Assembly: GCF_006345805.1 (NCBI RefSeq)
Contig: NW_021829610.1
Span: 1 to 32,149, forward strand
Source: Octopus sinensis
Taxonomy: Eukaryota
Length of the DNA: 32,149 nt
Direction of reading: 5' to 3'
Shown here: one piece after another, positions 10,870-22,419 of the stretch
How the letters are laid out: every line of letters begins with the position of its first letter
Numbering within the stretch: position 1 is the first letter of the stretch
The notes under the pieces: generated by a model
Databases searched by the model: none
What the model was told of the DNA's origin: nothing
What the model saw: only the letters and a program-made list of their open reading frames with translations
Translations under genes and position numbers: made by a program

Positions 10870-11141
10870 ATATCATTTGCCAGTACATATCGTTACACAC
10901 TCGCACAAACACATACATACGTACATATATGCTTACGTGCGTAGATAAATACATTATTTTATTTTACATAACCCCATGCACCTCTGATGGTGCATGGGGT
11001 TATGTAAAAACAAATGTTCACAAAACCTAGAAATACCCAGTTTCCCGAAGAAAGAGCAAAAGAAAGCGATGCGGATTCAGTAAATGAAGAATTGTAAGAC
11101 GTTCCAAAATTTCTCGATATGAAATTCTTATGTGAATACGT

Positions 11142-11482
11142 GAAGGCGCTTGGCTTAGTGGTTAGAGCGTCGAGCTTACGATCGTGAGGTTGTGAGCTCG
11201 AATCCCGGACCGGGCTGCTTGTTGTGCTCTTGAGCGAGACACTTTATTTCATGTTGCTCCAATTCACTCAGCTGTAGAAATGAGTTGCGACGTCACAGGT
11301 GCCAAGCTGTATCGGCCTTTGCCTTTCCCTTGGATAACACTGGTGGCGTGGAGAGGGGAGGCCAGTATGCATGAGCGACTGATGGTCTTCCATAAAAAAA
11401 GAAAAACCTTGCCCGGACTTGTACATGTGAGGGTAACTTTCTAGGTGCAATCCCATGGTCAGTCACTACCGAAGGGGGTTTC
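11142..11482 (+). mobile_element. SINE family D (tRNA-derived head shared with family C, different body)
   Basis: A box TGGCTTAGTGG, B box GCTCGAATCC, then tgtgctcttgagcgagacactttatttc; second copy at 6410-6672. Confidence 0.88.
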
Positions 11483-12121
11483 ATATGTGTATACATGTAA
11501 ACATTTGAGTAATGCAGCGACAGTTCAACCAACACTCCAACTCAACCATACATTTGTAAACACCAGGAAATCTTTTAATTCAAAAAGTCTTCTTGCTTTG
11601 TTAGCCCGGCGTGAATTCTTGCAAGAAGTAAAGTAAAGCAAAGCCCCAAAGTGAAGTCATACATAACCAGCTGCCCTTCTACATACCAAAATATAAGAAG
11701 ACATCTAGGGACATTTATAACACGTTTGCTGAACCAGTAAGCAATATACACTTTCAGTTTCGTACCTAACATTACTAGAACAACATGATGCATAACCTGT
11801 CTGGGGCAAAATATGGCTAAGCTCGGTTTCTTGGAGGGAGCACTAAAAAACATTAATTCATGTAATACAAATGATTACGATATCTGGGACTATAAAAATT
11901 TGCATGATGTTACTAAGATTTAATGGATGATGAATAAGAGAAGATTGCTTTCCTGCACCACCTTGCTAACAAGCAGGCGGCCGGTGAGAGATTTACTCTA
12001 AATTAAGAAAAGAAGGGAAACACGTATATACATATATACATACATACAAACGTGCGTACATACATGTAATTTAAAGAATGAAAATCCCTTCGCAAGGTGT
12101 AAGCTTATACCTCCGGTTTCA

Positions 12122-12250
12122 CAAATTCACTCACAAGGCTTTGGTCGGCCCGTGGCTATAGTAGAAGACACTTGCTCAAGGTGCCACGCAGTGGGACTGA
12201 ACCCGGAACCATGTGGTTGGTAAGCAAGCTACTTACCACACAGCCACTCC
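12122..12250 (-). mobile_element. SINE family A, 5' portion only
   Basis: Reverse complement of the family A head through ccttgtgagtgaatttg. Confidence 0.9.
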
Positions 12251-12362
12251 AAAATTATATATCATGCAAGCGACACTTAATAGAAGCCAGTTATATATAG
12301 TAATTTTGTTCTTGTAAAAAAAAAAATTTTTATTACAATTAAAAATTCTTATCGGAGTAATT

Positions 12363-12468
12363 GACCAACTGGCCGACCAACCAACTAACCAACCAACAAA
12401 CAAACCAACCAACCAACCAACCAACCAACCAACCAACCAAGTGGCAGACCAACCAGCCAACCAGCCAT
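12363..12468. repeat. (CCAA)n tetranucleotide tract
   Basis: Direct reading. Confidence 0.9.
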
Positions 12469-12574
12469 CTGGAATGTCTCTCTCCTAGAGATTTAAAGTT
12501 TTCTTGTGAAGACTCCTAACAATTAGCTAACATATGTCACTTAGCGTTTATTAGTCTACCTACTTCTTCAAGTA

Positions 12575-12729
12575 CCACCATCACCACCACCACCACCCCC
12601 ACCCCCACGAACACCACCAGTAACAACGTCAGGATTTCAACCATCCATATCACGACCACTACAAATAAATTACCCTGCGGCTGCCGCACGCGGTATCTAC
12701 TACTACTACTACTGCTACTACTGTTACTA

Positions 12730-12804
<75 letters not shown>

Positions 12805-12810
12805 ACTACA

Positions 12811-12847
<37 letters not shown>

Positions 12848-12866
12848 TTACCACCACTACCACCAG
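12575..12866. repeat. Compound trinucleotide tracts (CAC)n and (CTA)n-(CTG)n-(CTA)n
   Basis: Direct reading. Confidence 0.95.
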
Positions 12867-12985
12867 TACCGAATCTTATCGGTTTGACTCCGGCTTATTT
12901 TGTCGACCTCTTAGGACCTGCTGCTAAGCACTTAATTAAATTCTTGGAACTCATACTGAGCGGGGCTCTATCCGTAAGTTAGTTC

Positions 12986-13018
<33 letters not shown>

Positions 13019-13902
13019 GTAAACACACTCGCAAAAGTAGACCCACACACGCATCCATATATATATATATGTAACGAAATATTTAGATGTTTACCCACGC
13101 AAAAATGTCCCCTACCACTCACGAATGCACACACTACACACATATGCGCACACACACTCACACACACATTGAAACACTTTACAGTCGTATGGACTGAAGT
13201 GCAGAAAAGGGACATAACATGGTTTTATTAGAATGAAGCCATGCTTCATTCTAATAAATAATATATAACGAAAAGAATAATATATAATATATAACGAAAA
13301 TAATAGAAATTTCAATACAATATTTTGTTTCGTTGTGAATTTTACTGCTTATTTATTTTTACAACGTAGTTGTATCCTAGTCAAGGCGAACGGCACCGTT
13401 TTGAAAGAATGTAAATTGTAATGCAAGCGTAACACGCGTTAATTTGGATGCGATCTTTATCTTGCCTCTTGGCACCTGGAGAATGAATCTCCAAGTTGAT
13501 CTGCATCTGCTCAGTTTCCTTCCCGTGATGCGATTTTGTTCACACAAGCGGATATATTATCTAGGAGGAAGTAACGAGTAGTGTCACTTATCTACACAGA
13601 AATTAACCAAGTAGCCAGTAGCAACCACGTAGTCACAGGCGTAGGCGTAGCTGTAGGGGAATGTTTTCGTACCGGTTGTGATATGAATGCTAGTAAATAT
13701 TTACTTCAGGTATGTTCATGACCATCATACCTGGAGCGGGCAGCGTCTGTTTTCTCGTTTCTTTTAGAAATTACTAATTCCATTCGTTTGAAGGTTCATC
13801 TACTCCGAACACGTTCCGTTCAATTGGCTTGCCATTTGTAACTGAGACTGTACATGCGTACACTAAGTGTCCTTGTCTCTAGGAGTGGCAGTATTTCAAA
13901 TA

Positions 13903-14129
13903 TATTTCTTTACTGCCCAGAAGGGGCTAAACATAGAGGGGACAAACAAGGACAGACGAAGGGATTGAGTCGATTATATCGCCCCCTGTGCGAAACTGGT
14001 ACTTTATTTATCGACCCCGAAAAGATGAATGTCGACCGCGGCGGTATTTGAACTCAGAACGTAACGACAGACGAAATACCGCTAAGCATTTCGCCCGGCG
14101 CGCTAACGTGTCTGCCAGCTCGCCGCCTT
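13903..14129 (-). mobile_element. SINE family B, long-tail type, full length
   Basis: Reverse complement runs from aaggcggcgagctggcag to cagtaaagaaata. Confidence 0.92.
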
Positions 14130-14967
14130 ATATAGTTTATAAGCATTTCTTGATGGACTTCTGGTTTCATTTACACCATTAGATCATTATTTGTTCTCGT
14201 TTTATTCCGTCATGCAGTGATCGTATAACAAGCCCTCAGTATTTCAAATAGTGAAACCAAGTGTAGTCCTCTTTTTGACAGGGGTGTTTGTCTTGTCTAG
14301 AGACCGCATTCACTCGGGGTGGGTTGAGCTGGATTCATTCATCCTCAATGCTGCATCTCTCAAAAACGCCGACCAGACCTGGTGATTTTTTACAGGGGTT
14401 CTTTTGTGCAGCTTGTATATTTGATAATGTTTTAGCCCCTTCCTTCTCCAGCGCATTTAAAATTTTGCAAAGTACGAATAGATGAATAATGCTGCTGTCG
14501 GGAGAGCGTAATCCAGAAAATCTATACAGTTTAAATGAAGTACCCCTGAGACACTGACCTGTAACGTGCTTTAAGCTTCGATGCAAATCAATGATTGAGA
14601 ATAAAACATCATAAGCACGGCCATCATTCCTGCAAATTATGCTGCTAATGCACGGAGCGCACCGGAATATACATCGACCCCTGTACATTTATTCAGTTAG
14701 TGAAGAAAAATTTTTCCTGTATCTATATTGGATGAGTGCTATGACTTGGAGGATTTCTGTCACAATCAGACGAATTCGTCGATAATTTATCATCAGCGTC
14801 GTAATTTGTTAAATAAGGGCAATATATTTTTCATCGTTTTTTAACTGAGAAGGCGCAGGGAATTTCCACTTCGGTCGATATCCACAGTTTTAATACAATT
14901 TAACAAGAAAGAATGGCGTATAAAAGAACAGTAGACCCTATAAGATTTTTGAATGTTGCGGGATTAT

Positions 14968-15291
14968 TTAAAGACTCCGCCGGTTACGACGACGAGGGTC
15001 CCAGCTGATACGATCAACGGAACAGCTTGCTCGTGAAATTAACGTGCAAATGGCTGAGCATTCCACAGACACATGTACCCTTAACGTAGTTCTCGGGGAT
15101 AATCAGCGTGACACAGAGAGTGACAAGGCTGACCCTTTGAAATACAAGTACAACTAATTTTTGCCAGCTGAGTGGACTGGAGCAACGTGAAATAAAGTGT
15201 CTTGCTCAAGGACACAACGCGTCGCCGGGAATCGAACTCACAACCTTACGATCATGAGCCGAATGCCCTAACCACTAAGCCACGCGCCCTC
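14968..15291 (-). mobile_element. SINE family C, full length
   Basis: tRNA-like head (TGGCTTAGTGG, GTTCGATTCC); 11-bp TSD tgcgggattat at 14957-14967 and 15292-15302. Confidence 0.93.
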
Positions 15292-15800
15292 TGCGGGATT
15301 ATAAACTTTTGTAGATTGCGCACAGGTATGAGTACTTGCCTTTCGTAGTTCGAGATTTGGGTTTTCTTTGACTGTCCTTAAATAACACTCCTCTTACTGT
15401 TACATCTTCATTTCCTTATTTTTTGTTACGAATGGTTTTTGATAAATATTTTGATACGCACTTCGACACAGTTTTGTCTGATGATATTTGTTTTTTTTTT
15501 CACAGCTTTATCTTCCATGACCACAGTGTTGGTTCTCTGACCTTCTAACAATTTTACCAATCCACTCACTTTTTCTTTGATATATGTTATCGGTAATTTC
15601 TCTTCTCAAAACAAGAAATAAGCATGGAAGGTTTCAATGTTAAGAAGTCCAATATAAGACTATCTCATGATTTTCTATTTTCGAGAACTAGCCTATGTTG
15701 AGGGATAAGGTGGCCGTGTCAACGAAATGATTATGTATCCGGTTAGTTATATTACTTACATTCCACATTTACCATCACTTGTTAAACAAGTTGGTAAGTA

Positions 15801-16088
15801 CACTGGCGAAAATAAATTTAAGACCGATGATAAAAGTTCTATTTCTTACAAAATATTTTGTTACTAACACCATACAAACTATTCTTATCTTTTACACTTT
15901 ATGCAGAATTTACTTCTCTTCCGAATGATGCAGACAATAACTATTTTATAAAACTTCAAGAATTCTAATGCTAAATTAATATAAACGTTTCAAATTTACC
16001 GGCAAAATTAATTTACTGGTGTTAGTAACAAAATATTTTGTAAGAAATAGAACATTTATCATTGGTCTTAAATTTGTTTTCGCCAGTG
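15801..16088. mobile_element. MITE, non-autonomous Tc1/mariner-type (288 bp, 72-bp TIRs, TA TSD)
   Basis: TIRs 15801-15872 and 16017-16088 match at 69/72; TA on both sides (15799-15800, 16089-16090); termini CACTGGCG...CGCCAGTG. Confidence 0.9.
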
Positions 16089-17451
16089 TATGATTTTTGA
16101 GATGTTTAGCTTATTTTGCACAGAATTGTAGATATTTGCTATAACTATATAAGTAATTAGGAAGTTATTGTCGTTTTGTTATTGAGAATTACATTACGTT
16201 TATTACGTGACATTTGTAGTCTGACTTTAATACTAAATCTCCCTATTATTTTCGAATTGTCATTTTTCTAAGCCAATTGGTAATTAACGTGAGTCAGTAT
16301 CAGAGACTTTTCTCAGAGAGAAAACAAGATTTACTGCTTGGACAATGAAAATGCAGCTGTAGCATAATTGTCTTTAAGTATATTTTGTAGAGCTTGTGTG
16401 AGACAGCTTCATAAAATAATGATGTAGCTGTTTAGGAATACACCATGTAAACGACATTTGTCATCCATTCAAACTGGATTTTTGCATCTAAGTCAACTGA
16501 AGACATTTTGAAGGTAAAATATAGGGATAAACAATTTTCCAAAAATTACTGGCTATGTAAATGCCATGTGTTTTTGTTAGTTCCCAATGCTTGGTATATG
16601 TTACATAGTTTTCTATTTTTGATTTCTTTCTAGATTTTAATTATACTATGTCTTAATCGATTTTGTGTTAATATTTTTGATTTGATAACCCCGTTTTCGA
16701 TCCCAATCAGCAAGGTTTGTTTTGTGAATCGCAACGTTAAAAGTCGTATACAACATTCTGAGAATACTACCCCACGCCCAGCTGTCTCTTCTTACTTTCC
16801 CTTTTTCGGTTGCACGTTCCACGCACGGGCTTTAGAATTAGTGTGCAATATGTACTGATTTATAATAGATTTATAATATTATTATTGGATTTAGATCTGA
16901 AATATACAATTCAGGCAGCCCAGAGCACATTCACACATTTAATTCAGGGAACCCAGAGCCAAGTCGTACGATAAATGTTTTTCAGTATACGGCTTTTATT
17001 ATCGAGATGAGTTTAAATTTCATTGAATAGCAAAATATTTATTTTGCATTCTGTATGAACACATATATTCATGACTTTCGTTTCTCTATGCACAAATATT
17101 CTGGAAATAAGGACTTCTGTATTTTCTTCCCTCCCTGAAGTTCTAAGTCATCTCATTAACAACCAGACAACCTACTTGTCAGCATTTTTTCCTAGTACAA
17201 AGAACATTCTAATGCCTTTGGTAAACTGTTTCATAATCCAAAAAATTCTCTGAAGCTACACACTATTTAGGTTTGTGTTTAAGAGGAAATGATGAATCAG
17301 CTTCGTTCTTTTTCTATTCCTGTAGAATACCAAATGAGTAGGCGTTATTACCGAACTAAAAGGTAAAAATTACTGATTGCATTCGGAGCCAGAAGTACTA
17401 TCATTTCAGTATTTCTTAGTAAATATTTTCATGAAGTTGAAACTTGCAGAT

Positions 17452-17499
<48 letters not shown>

Positions 17500-17649
17500 C
17501 AGCTATGAATTGTCTCCAACATTTCATTGCTGTTAATGTAGCTCACCATGCTGTCACCATTTAATGGACCTCTCTTAAACGAGTCATAAAATATTGTATC
17601 GAAAAAACTTTCTTCTCTTCGATCCAGGCAAATGAAAGTTTATTTGTTG

Positions 17650-18150
17650 TTATTGTCTGGCGTTATCCAGAGCCAATTTTTATTCGATATCGTGTCACAG
17701 GACTCAAGTATAACTCCCCCCTTTTTTACTGAAAATATGAAATTCTTTCTATTGTACTTGTTCGATATTCGTGTTCGGAAGTATTTTAAGAAGCAGTTTA
17801 TAAATTACTATCGAGTATGTGTTGGTATATTGTTACATAAATTGTTCCTTTGTCTCTTCTTGAGAATCATTGGTATGAGAAAATAATCCAGATATTTGGA
17901 CTGAACTTTTTCAGAGGGTACTGAATATAACGTTTGTGTGGCACTACGGTAGGTGAAACGATATACACCAATATTTTAAAGTTACAAATTGCATTTTTCA
18001 TCGTAAAGAAGCTTCAAAAGAGAGTTTGTACTCTTTTAGGATGATATCTTTTGTTTTTCCCAATTTCAATCGAATTGTCTTACCAGAATAGTCATGCAGT
18101 GTGCTTTTACTGCCCAAATTCGTTTCCGCAGTTGGTTTCCAAAATGTTTC
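17650..18150 (-). mobile_element. Probable LINE (RTE-like) AP-endonuclease relic
   Basis: Fragments in the correct order: ETFWKPTAETNLGSKSTLHDYSG (cf. ETRW.G.GE..L....LYSG), FSHTNDSQEETKEQF (cf. YAPTND..EE.K..FY), KNWLWITPDN (cf. KWTW.SPD). Many stops. Confidence 0.5.
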
Positions 18151-18158
18151 TAATATAA

Positions 18159-18361
18159 TATTGGTTTCAAATTTTGGCACAAGGCCGTCATGGTTTAATG
18201 GGAGGCAGGAGTCGATTTCATCGAACCCAGCACTTGAATTGCTCTTCTTTAATCAACCCCAAAGTTTGAAATACAAAGTCAACCTCAGCGGAATTTGATC
18301 TCACAATAGACAAAATGCGGCTAAGCCCGGTGTACTAACAATTCTGCCAGCTCACCGCCTT
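18159..18361 (-). mobile_element. SINE family B, short-tail type, decayed
   Basis: Reverse complement of B head and ccttgtgccaaaatttgaaaccaat tail. Confidence 0.8.
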
Positions 18362-18389
18362 AAAATGCTTCTAATATTCTTCATTGAAT

Positions 18390-18586
18390 AAGGCTGCGAC
18401 CTGGCGGCATCGTTAGGGGCATTTCATTTGTCTTGACGTTCTAAGTTCAAATTCCAACGAGGTCGACTTTACCTTTCTTCTTTTCGGATTAGATAAAATA
18501 AGTACCAGTTAAGCACTGGGTCCGATGCAATCGACTAAACCCCTCCCACGAAATTGCTGTCCTTGTACCAAAATTCGAAACCAATA
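18390..18586 (+). mobile_element. SINE family B, short-tail type
   Basis: B head, core and short tail; inverted relative to the copy 28 bp upstream. Confidence 0.85.
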
Positions 18587-19237
18587 CTTCTTCAATGGGT
18601 ATTTCATCGCTGCTTATGATTTTAACGTGTATCGTGTCTAAATTACTTTTACAGTTTGTCTACGAAAGAGCAATTTTGAAAGCACACATTTTACTTCCTA
18701 TCAATCATTTTAACTCTCATGTTTTTAACAATTTGTGTGTTTTCAGTCGTTCTTGTTCGTCGTTGTATGATGTTTTTAGTTATTTACACATCTGGAAGTG
18801 CTACATACATTCATCTGTGTCATTTTACTTGCTTCCTTTGTAGAATATATTTTATATCATAATTTCCATTTGTAACTGTCAATTTCTCAGCTGATATTTG
18901 TAGTGATATCTTTTTTAAAATTTACATATTGTTTATAACTTTGAGTATACAAGCATATATACAATTACGCAACTGGATAACAGAATTTGATACCATAATG
19001 CGATTTCTCGAGTCTCTTCTGTATACTGATAGTGTTTCTTAACAGCGGTTTTCTTAGATATACGCTAACTGTTCTTGAGAATCAATTAGGTTGGTACGTA
19101 TTTTAGCCGCCTGTTGGTAGATGCATCGCTGATGTTCATTTTTAATCTGATGTGAAATTTTGGAAAATCCTAATAGCATAATCTTAATCCACATTGTTAT
19201 GTACATGTACATGGTTAACAAATTTAGTAATTTCTTC

Positions 19238-19402
19238 AAGGCGGCCAGCTGCCAGAATGGTTAGCATGCCGGGCAAAATACTGGTAGCGTTCCGTGCGTC
19301 TATAGGTTCTGATTTCCAATCCAACCGAGGTCAATTTAACTTTCATCCTGTAGAGGTCGATAAAATAAGAACCAGATGAACAGAGGAATCAGTATAATCA
19401 AT
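19238..19402 (+). mobile_element. SINE family B, decayed
   Basis: aaggcggccagctgccagaatggttagcatgccgggc head and degenerate core. Confidence 0.75.
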
Positions 19403-19474
19403 ATTACTAACCATATCATTGTGATTACTTTCATTATTCCAGACAGCAATAAGATGACTATTACTAACCACTTT

Positions 19475-19885
19475 AAGGTGATGAGCTGGCAGAATCATTA
19501 GCACGCCGGGCGAAATGCTTAGCGGTATTTTATCTGTCGTTACGCCCTGAGTTCAAATTCCGCCGAGGTCGACTTTGCCTTTCATCCTTTCGGGGTCGAT
19601 AAAATAAGTACCAGTTACGCACTGGGGTCGATGTAATAGACTTAATACCTATGTCTGTCCTTGTTTGTCCCCTTTGTGTTTAGCCCCTTATGGGTAATAA
19701 AGAAATAGGTATTTTATCTGTCTTTACGTTCTGAGTTCAAATTCCGCCTAGGTTGCCTTTCATCATTTCGGGGTCGATAAAATAAATACCAGTTATGCAC
19801 TGGAGTAGATATAATCGACTTAATCCGTTTCTCTGTCCTTATTTGTCCCCTCTGTGTGTAGCCCCTTGTGGACTGTAAAGAAATA
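19475..19885 (+). mobile_element. SINE family B head-to-tail dimer (full unit plus headless unit)
   Basis: Junction aaagaaata|ggtattt at about 19707-19709. Confidence 0.92.
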
Positions 19886-19929
19886 AGAATCGTTATCTCG
19901 CAGAACAAAATTCTGTGCGACATTTGGCT

Positions 19930-20085
19930 GGTCTTTACGTTATGATTTCATATCTCACCGAGATAAACGTTGCTTTTCATCGTTTTGCGCTGATAAAATA
20001 AGTATCAGTCAAGTACCGGGGTCGATGTAATCAACATCCTCATCCCCCTTAAAACTACAGCCCCTATACCAAAATGTAAAACTAT
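19930..20085 (+). mobile_element. SINE family B, short-tail type, decayed
   Basis: Degenerate core (ttttcatcgttttgcgctgataaaataagtatcag..ggggtcgatgtaatc) and tail. Confidence 0.65.
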
Positions 20086-20551
20086 TAAACCAACAACACA
20101 AGATCCACAATTTCGAAATAGCAAAAGAACACTAAATATACGTTGTTAATAGCCATATTTTACAGCCTTGATTTCAAGATTCGTCAACAACTATCGCCAG
20201 TTCTTATGGAATCGTGTATTGTTTATGTGGTTTAATAATTGAATCTCTAAGTTATATATTCTTTAGTGCAATTTGCATCTGTGTATATTTGGTTTCGGTA
20301 ATGCTGCAATGGTCACCTAATTGGTGTGGGGGATATTATTAATGGCCTGAAACTTGCTTCGGACATCGTTCAAATTCAGTCCTTTCGTCTATCACGTAAT
20401 TCCGTTTATTGTTTCTCGGTACATTTGCCATTGTTTTCTAATTTTGCGTAACATACGCAAAGAGAATGACCGATTATCTGGAGAACTATGTGCTTCTGCC
20501 AATGAATGTATCGTCTCATTAGTAGAAGTGAAAAACGAAGAAAATCTGCGT

Positions 20552-20594
<43 letters not shown>

Positions 20595-20683
20595 AATAGT
20601 TACATGAATTTGAAATCGCAGTCGAGTAAATATCTCCGACTGGCGGTAGAGTTCGTTCATCGTCATCATCATCATCATCATTA

Positions 20684-20902
20684 AAGGGCAGTGATCTGGC
20701 AGAAAGGTTAGCACGCCGAGCGAAATGCTTAGCAGTATTTAGTCTGTCTTTACGTTCTGAGTGCAAACTTTGTCGCGGTTGACTTTGCCTTTCATCCCTT
20801 CGCAGTCGATAAATTAAGTACCAGTGAAACACTGGCATCGATGTAAACGACTTATCCCCTCCCCTAAAATTGCTGCCCTTGTGGAAAAATTTGAAGCCAT
20901 TA
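20684..20902 (+). mobile_element. SINE family B, short-tail type
   Basis: Head, core and cccttgtggaaaaatttgaagcc tail. Confidence 0.88.
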
Positions 20903-20935
20903 TTATTATTAATATTATCATCATCATCATCATCA

Positions 20936-20987
<52 letters not shown>

Positions 20988-20992
20988 CATCA
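20903..20992. repeat. (ATT)n/(ATC)n tract directly after SINE tail
   Basis: Direct reading. Confidence 0.95.
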
Positions 20993-21116
20993 TCTCTAAT
21001 TCGAGCCTATCTAAGCTACTAAGAATGCGTGTGACAACTTGAAGATCTACCGAAAAAGGTTTTTATCCATTATATATATACTGTTCAGTATTTACGTGTT
21101 GAAAAAATATATCTTC

Positions 21117-21165
<49 letters not shown>

Positions 21166-21170
21166 TAATA
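21117..21170. repeat. (AAT)n microsatellite
   Basis: Direct reading. Confidence 0.95.
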
Positions 21171-21254
21171 AATAGAAATAAATGTGAATAGAGAAATCAC
21201 AGACTTACTGTAGATCCAAATGAACCAACAGCTTTTTGTATTATAGGATGATAG

Positions 21255-21348
21255 TCTGAAATTTTGGATTCGTTGGCTCTTCGATTACATCAACACGAGT
21301 GCTCAATTGATACTTATTTTATCAACTAAAGGAGGCAAAATCACCTCA
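21255..21348 (-). mobile_element. SINE family B fragment, strongly decayed
   Basis: tcgattacatcaacacgagtg..gatacttattttatc resembles the reverse complement of the B core. Confidence 0.5.
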
Positions 21349-21372
21349 TGGGGTAAAACTGCTAGATATACT

Positions 21373-21674
21373 TATTTCTTTATTATCCACAAGGAGCTCA
21401 ACATAGAGGGGACAAACAAGGACAGACATAGGTATTAAGTCGATTACATCGACCCCAGTGCGTAACTGGTACTTAAATTATCGACCCCGAAAGGATGAAA
21501 GGCAAAGTCGACCTCGGTGGAATTTGAACTCACAACGTAACGCAGACGAAATACCTATTTCTTTATTACCCACAAGGGGCTAAACACAGAGGGGACAAAC
21601 AAGGACAGACATAGGTATTAAGACGATTACATCGACCCCAATGCGTAACTGGTACTTAATTTATCGACCCCGAA
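21373..21674 (-). mobile_element. SINE family B head-to-tail dimer, 5'-truncated, single TSD
   Basis: Same junction as the 19.7-kb dimer at 21554-21556; 9-bp direct repeat agatatact at 21364-21372 and 21675-21683 brackets both units. Confidence 0.92.
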
Positions 21675-22419
21675 AGATATACTAATTAACACATTTTAAA
21701 ACCGTTTGATATACTGCTACGTATTTTGTCTGCTGATGTATCGATTCAACCATTTCGCTGTCTTCTATTTCTAATATACGGAGAAGTTCACCAATTTTGA
21801 AGGAAAATGTAATAGTGAATTGTATTAAACGTAGTACTTCACAGATACTTTATTTTATTGGTCTAGCAGAAATGAATGGCAAAGTTGATTTCTGCAGGAT
21901 TTGAGCTCATTCTAAAGATCCGTGACAATTAATGCAACGCTCGAACGATTCTGATAATCTTCCGCCCTTATAAACATATCATGCTGGTGATAATCATCAT
22001 TGCTTTTATTCAATGTGGTGAAAGTTGTGGAGGGCACATTGAAAAGAAAATTAACATCTATCACAAAAAAATTTATATCAGAAAAATCCACCATTAAAAA
22101 TAACAATAAATATTGTAATTACAATAACCAAAACTAATGAAAAAATAATCGAATAATTTCGAAACGTAGATGAAGATAATTCCATAAGTAATGAAAACGT
22201 TTGTCTTAATAAGGTACGATTTCTTACTAATTTTTTATGCAGTAGGAAAAACATTAATGTAAGTTATATAGTGTGCCCTTAAGTTCTCTAAAATTCACGA
22301 TTATAGCTTGATATTGGAAGTATTGCATCTAATGAAGATAAGGAAGGATAAAGAAAGAGGGAACTATACGCCATTTTGATTTTCTGTACGTTTTAAGCGT
22401 CTCCTCATCCTCCTCAAAC

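Noticed and set aside
11144-11215. tRNA-like sequence with A and B boxes (also at about 15220-15290)
   Set aside because: No proper acceptor stem, and it continues directly into SINE body; it is a SINE head, not a tRNA gene.
21912-22106. 64-aa ORF with a GPCR TM2-like stretch (NFFVIDVNFLFNVP)
   Set aside because: No other transmembrane segments or splice context; AT-rich chance ORF.
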